DNA from: a virus
DNA length: 50,919 nt
Virus record (IMG/VR): IMGVR_UViG_3300032144_000015
Coordinates: 1-50,919 of that record
Strand: one strand, 5' to 3'
Shown here: piece by piece, positions 49,516-50,919 of the stretch
Layout of the letters: each line of letters starts with the position of its first letter
Position numbering within the stretch: the first letter of the stretch is position 1
Position numbers and translations under genes: made by a program
Notes under the pieces: generated by a model
The model's input: only the letters and a program-made list of their open reading frames with translations
Told to the model about the DNA's origin: nothing
Database searches by the model: none

Positions 49516-50919
49516 TTACACGCCAGCCGCGGCAAGGCTTTGGGCCAGCCCGATGGCTTCGTCGAATTTTTTCGTCAGTTCCACGATATCCGTTTGAAGC
49601 GCTGCCAATTCATTCCCTGAATTTTCATGCATGGCTGGTTCCGACATGCCGTAGCCGCCGCGGGACTTGAAGCGCTCCATGAGTTTTTTCAGCGCTTCCT
49701 TGGCTGCAGCTCCATTGCCGCCGTCGATCAGCGAGCAGATCTCGCCGTACTCGGATTCCATGGCGGCATAATCAGCGTGCGGATCGGTGTCGACGTGAAT
49801 ATTCACGACGTCATCGTCGCCAGTTTCGTCGCCGTTCATGGCTGCGAATTTCGCCTCGAGTTTTTTATAGTCGTCTTTGCTCATGCGTCCATGATTCATA
49901 AGGCTTCGGGCCTGCAGTTCAGTGATAGGCTGGCCCTTATATTCGACACGTTTATACTTGGCCATGATTTCTTCATGCGTCAGCGTTCGCATGCTTCCGA
50001 TCTGCCCGACCATGATAACGGGCTGACGGTCCTCGTACGATTTCAGGACCGAGGTCACGGTGTCATCAGGCTTTCCTGCGAGATCCTTCACGTTCAGTTT
50101 TTTGATTTCAGCCGGCGTGATTTTTCCGGAGGCGCGAAGGCCGGAAAGGCGCTGATAGAGGCTGGCCGTGCGCGCCTTAAGCTGCGCTCCGTTAAGTGTA
50201 GTCCGAAAATCATTCGAGAGCTGCGTGATACTGCCACGGCCCGCCGCAAGTTTCTCGTCTTTCTCTTTCTTATCCTTATCTTTCTTTTCATCTTCATCGT
50301 CCATCTCCTTGGCGAGTTTTTTAAGCTCCTCCTCGTCCTCCGCTTCCTCCAGGCGCTTCAGTTCTTTCTCTGTGTCCTCGTCAGACATTTTCTTCGTCAG
50401 CTTGAAATATTTCTCGGCGCGTTTTTTCATGAGAATGAACATGGGTTTTTTATCCTTTGGCTTGGAATCGTCCTTGGCTTTCATCATGGAAGCGTTTTCA
50501 GCGGCAGGGAATGGGGTAACGGTCATCTCGTAGAGTTTTGCGGTATCGAAGTCGGCACCGATCGAAAGGTTATGCCAGCGGCCGTCCATGACTTTCTCGA
50601 CGTTCTCTTTACCGAGAAATCTAAGATTCCCGTAAAGGGCTTTCTTCGTCTTTCCGTCGTCGTCGGTGAAGTCATCGACAGACAGTTCGCCGTTCAGCCG
50701 GCCGACGGTGTCCTGGGCGGATCTCGTATGATCGAGCTGGATCGGCGGGTTCGCTCCGATCGGGACCTCGCCCGAGGCGAGGCGCTTCAGCTTCCCCCAA
50801 CGGCTGTTATAGGCCTGGGCGAGTTTCGTCAGGTGATCGGCCGTAACCTTGACCGGACCGTCGGCGGATTCGAAGTCGCCCTCGTAGACAAAGCGTGCAC
50901 GCCGGTCGATGAAATCAGG
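49516..50919 (-). CDS. Prohead protease (HK97 gp4 / Mu gpI-like, S78-type) fused to a scaffolding domain; 5' end continues at 193..1
   Basis: The frame is open from 50919 down to the stop at 49516 and continuous with ATG 193 through the junction, about 489 aa in total. Putative catalytic motifs are IQLDHTRSAQDTVGRL (His) and HNLSIGADF (Ser). The C-terminal half is a charged coiled coil (KKLAKEMDDEDEKKDKDKKEKDEKL). Confidence 0.65.
   Translation of the reverse strand, partial: PDFIDRRARFVYEGDFESADGPVKVTADHLTKLAQAYNSRWGKLKRLASGEVPIGANPPIQLDHTRSAQDTVGRLNGELSVDDFTDDDGKTKKALYGNLRFLGKENVEKVMDGRWHNLSIGADFDTAKLYEMTVTPFPAAENASMMKAKDDSKPKDKKPMFILMKKRAEKYFKLTKKMSDEDTEKELKRLEEAEDEEELKKLAKEMDDEDEKKDKDKKEKDEKLAAGRGSITQLSNDFRTTLNGAQLKARTASLYQRLSGLRASGKITPAEIKKLNVKDLAGKPDDTVTSVLKSYEDRQPVIMVGQIGSMRTLTHEEIMAKYKRVEYKGQPITELQARSLMNHGRMSKDDYKKLEAKFAAMNGDETGDDDVVNIHVDTDPHADYAAMESEYGEICSLIDGGNGAAAKEALKKLMERFKSRGGYGMSEPAMHENSGNELAALQTDIVELTKKFDEAIGLAQSLAAAGV
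50793..50919. repeat. Second copy of the 127-bp terminal overlap
   Basis: Exact copy of 1-127. Confidence 0.95.

Noticed and set aside
1-50919. Search for tRNA genes, CRISPR arrays, integrase/attP and IS elements
   Set aside because: I found no cloverleaf-compatible T-loop/acceptor pattern (GGTTCRANYC with a paired acceptor). I also found no regularly spaced direct repeats, no Tyr/Ser recombinase motifs and no terminal inverted repeats flanking a transposase-like ORF. This was by eye only, and tRNAscan-SE or minced could overturn it.

Overview
The window is a complete, circularly closed tailed-phage genome. Bases 1-127 are identical to 50793-50919 (assembly overlap), giving a 50,792-bp unit, and one gene reads in frame across the junction. 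About 35 kb of minus-strand genes run leftward from a divergent control region at 15.85-17.55 kb. They comprise an early/recombination arm (RecT, Gp157-like, many small overlapping ORFs, a GT-B glycosyltransferase), then packaging and Mu-like head genes (TerS candidate, TerL, DUF935-like portal, MuF-like protein, S78-like protease-scaffold fusion, decoration protein, major capsid). A contractile-tail/baseplate module follows (sheath, tube, chaperone with a -1 frameshift site, tape measure, Mu gpN/P/45/46/47/48-like proteins, a 1036-aa fibre). A plus-strand arm (17.6-25.5 kb) and a mixed-orientation accessory region (22.5-32.8 kb) carry tandem paralogues and an RHH + P-loop kinase operon. They also carry small genes behind a triplicated promoter element, a ParB-like/C5-methyltransferase pair and a sugar-modification cluster next to the fibre gene. 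I found no integrase, Mu-type transposase, replisome gene, endolysin, tRNA or CRISPR array. The most unusual feature is a 1.7-kb ORF-free, hairpin-dense region (15850-17551), a candidate large structured RNA or unusual control/origin hub. All family assignments come from motifs read by eye and from gene order, without any database search. ORF-track starts may be GTG/TTG, and I re-picked several starts using RBS and ATGA-type overlaps.
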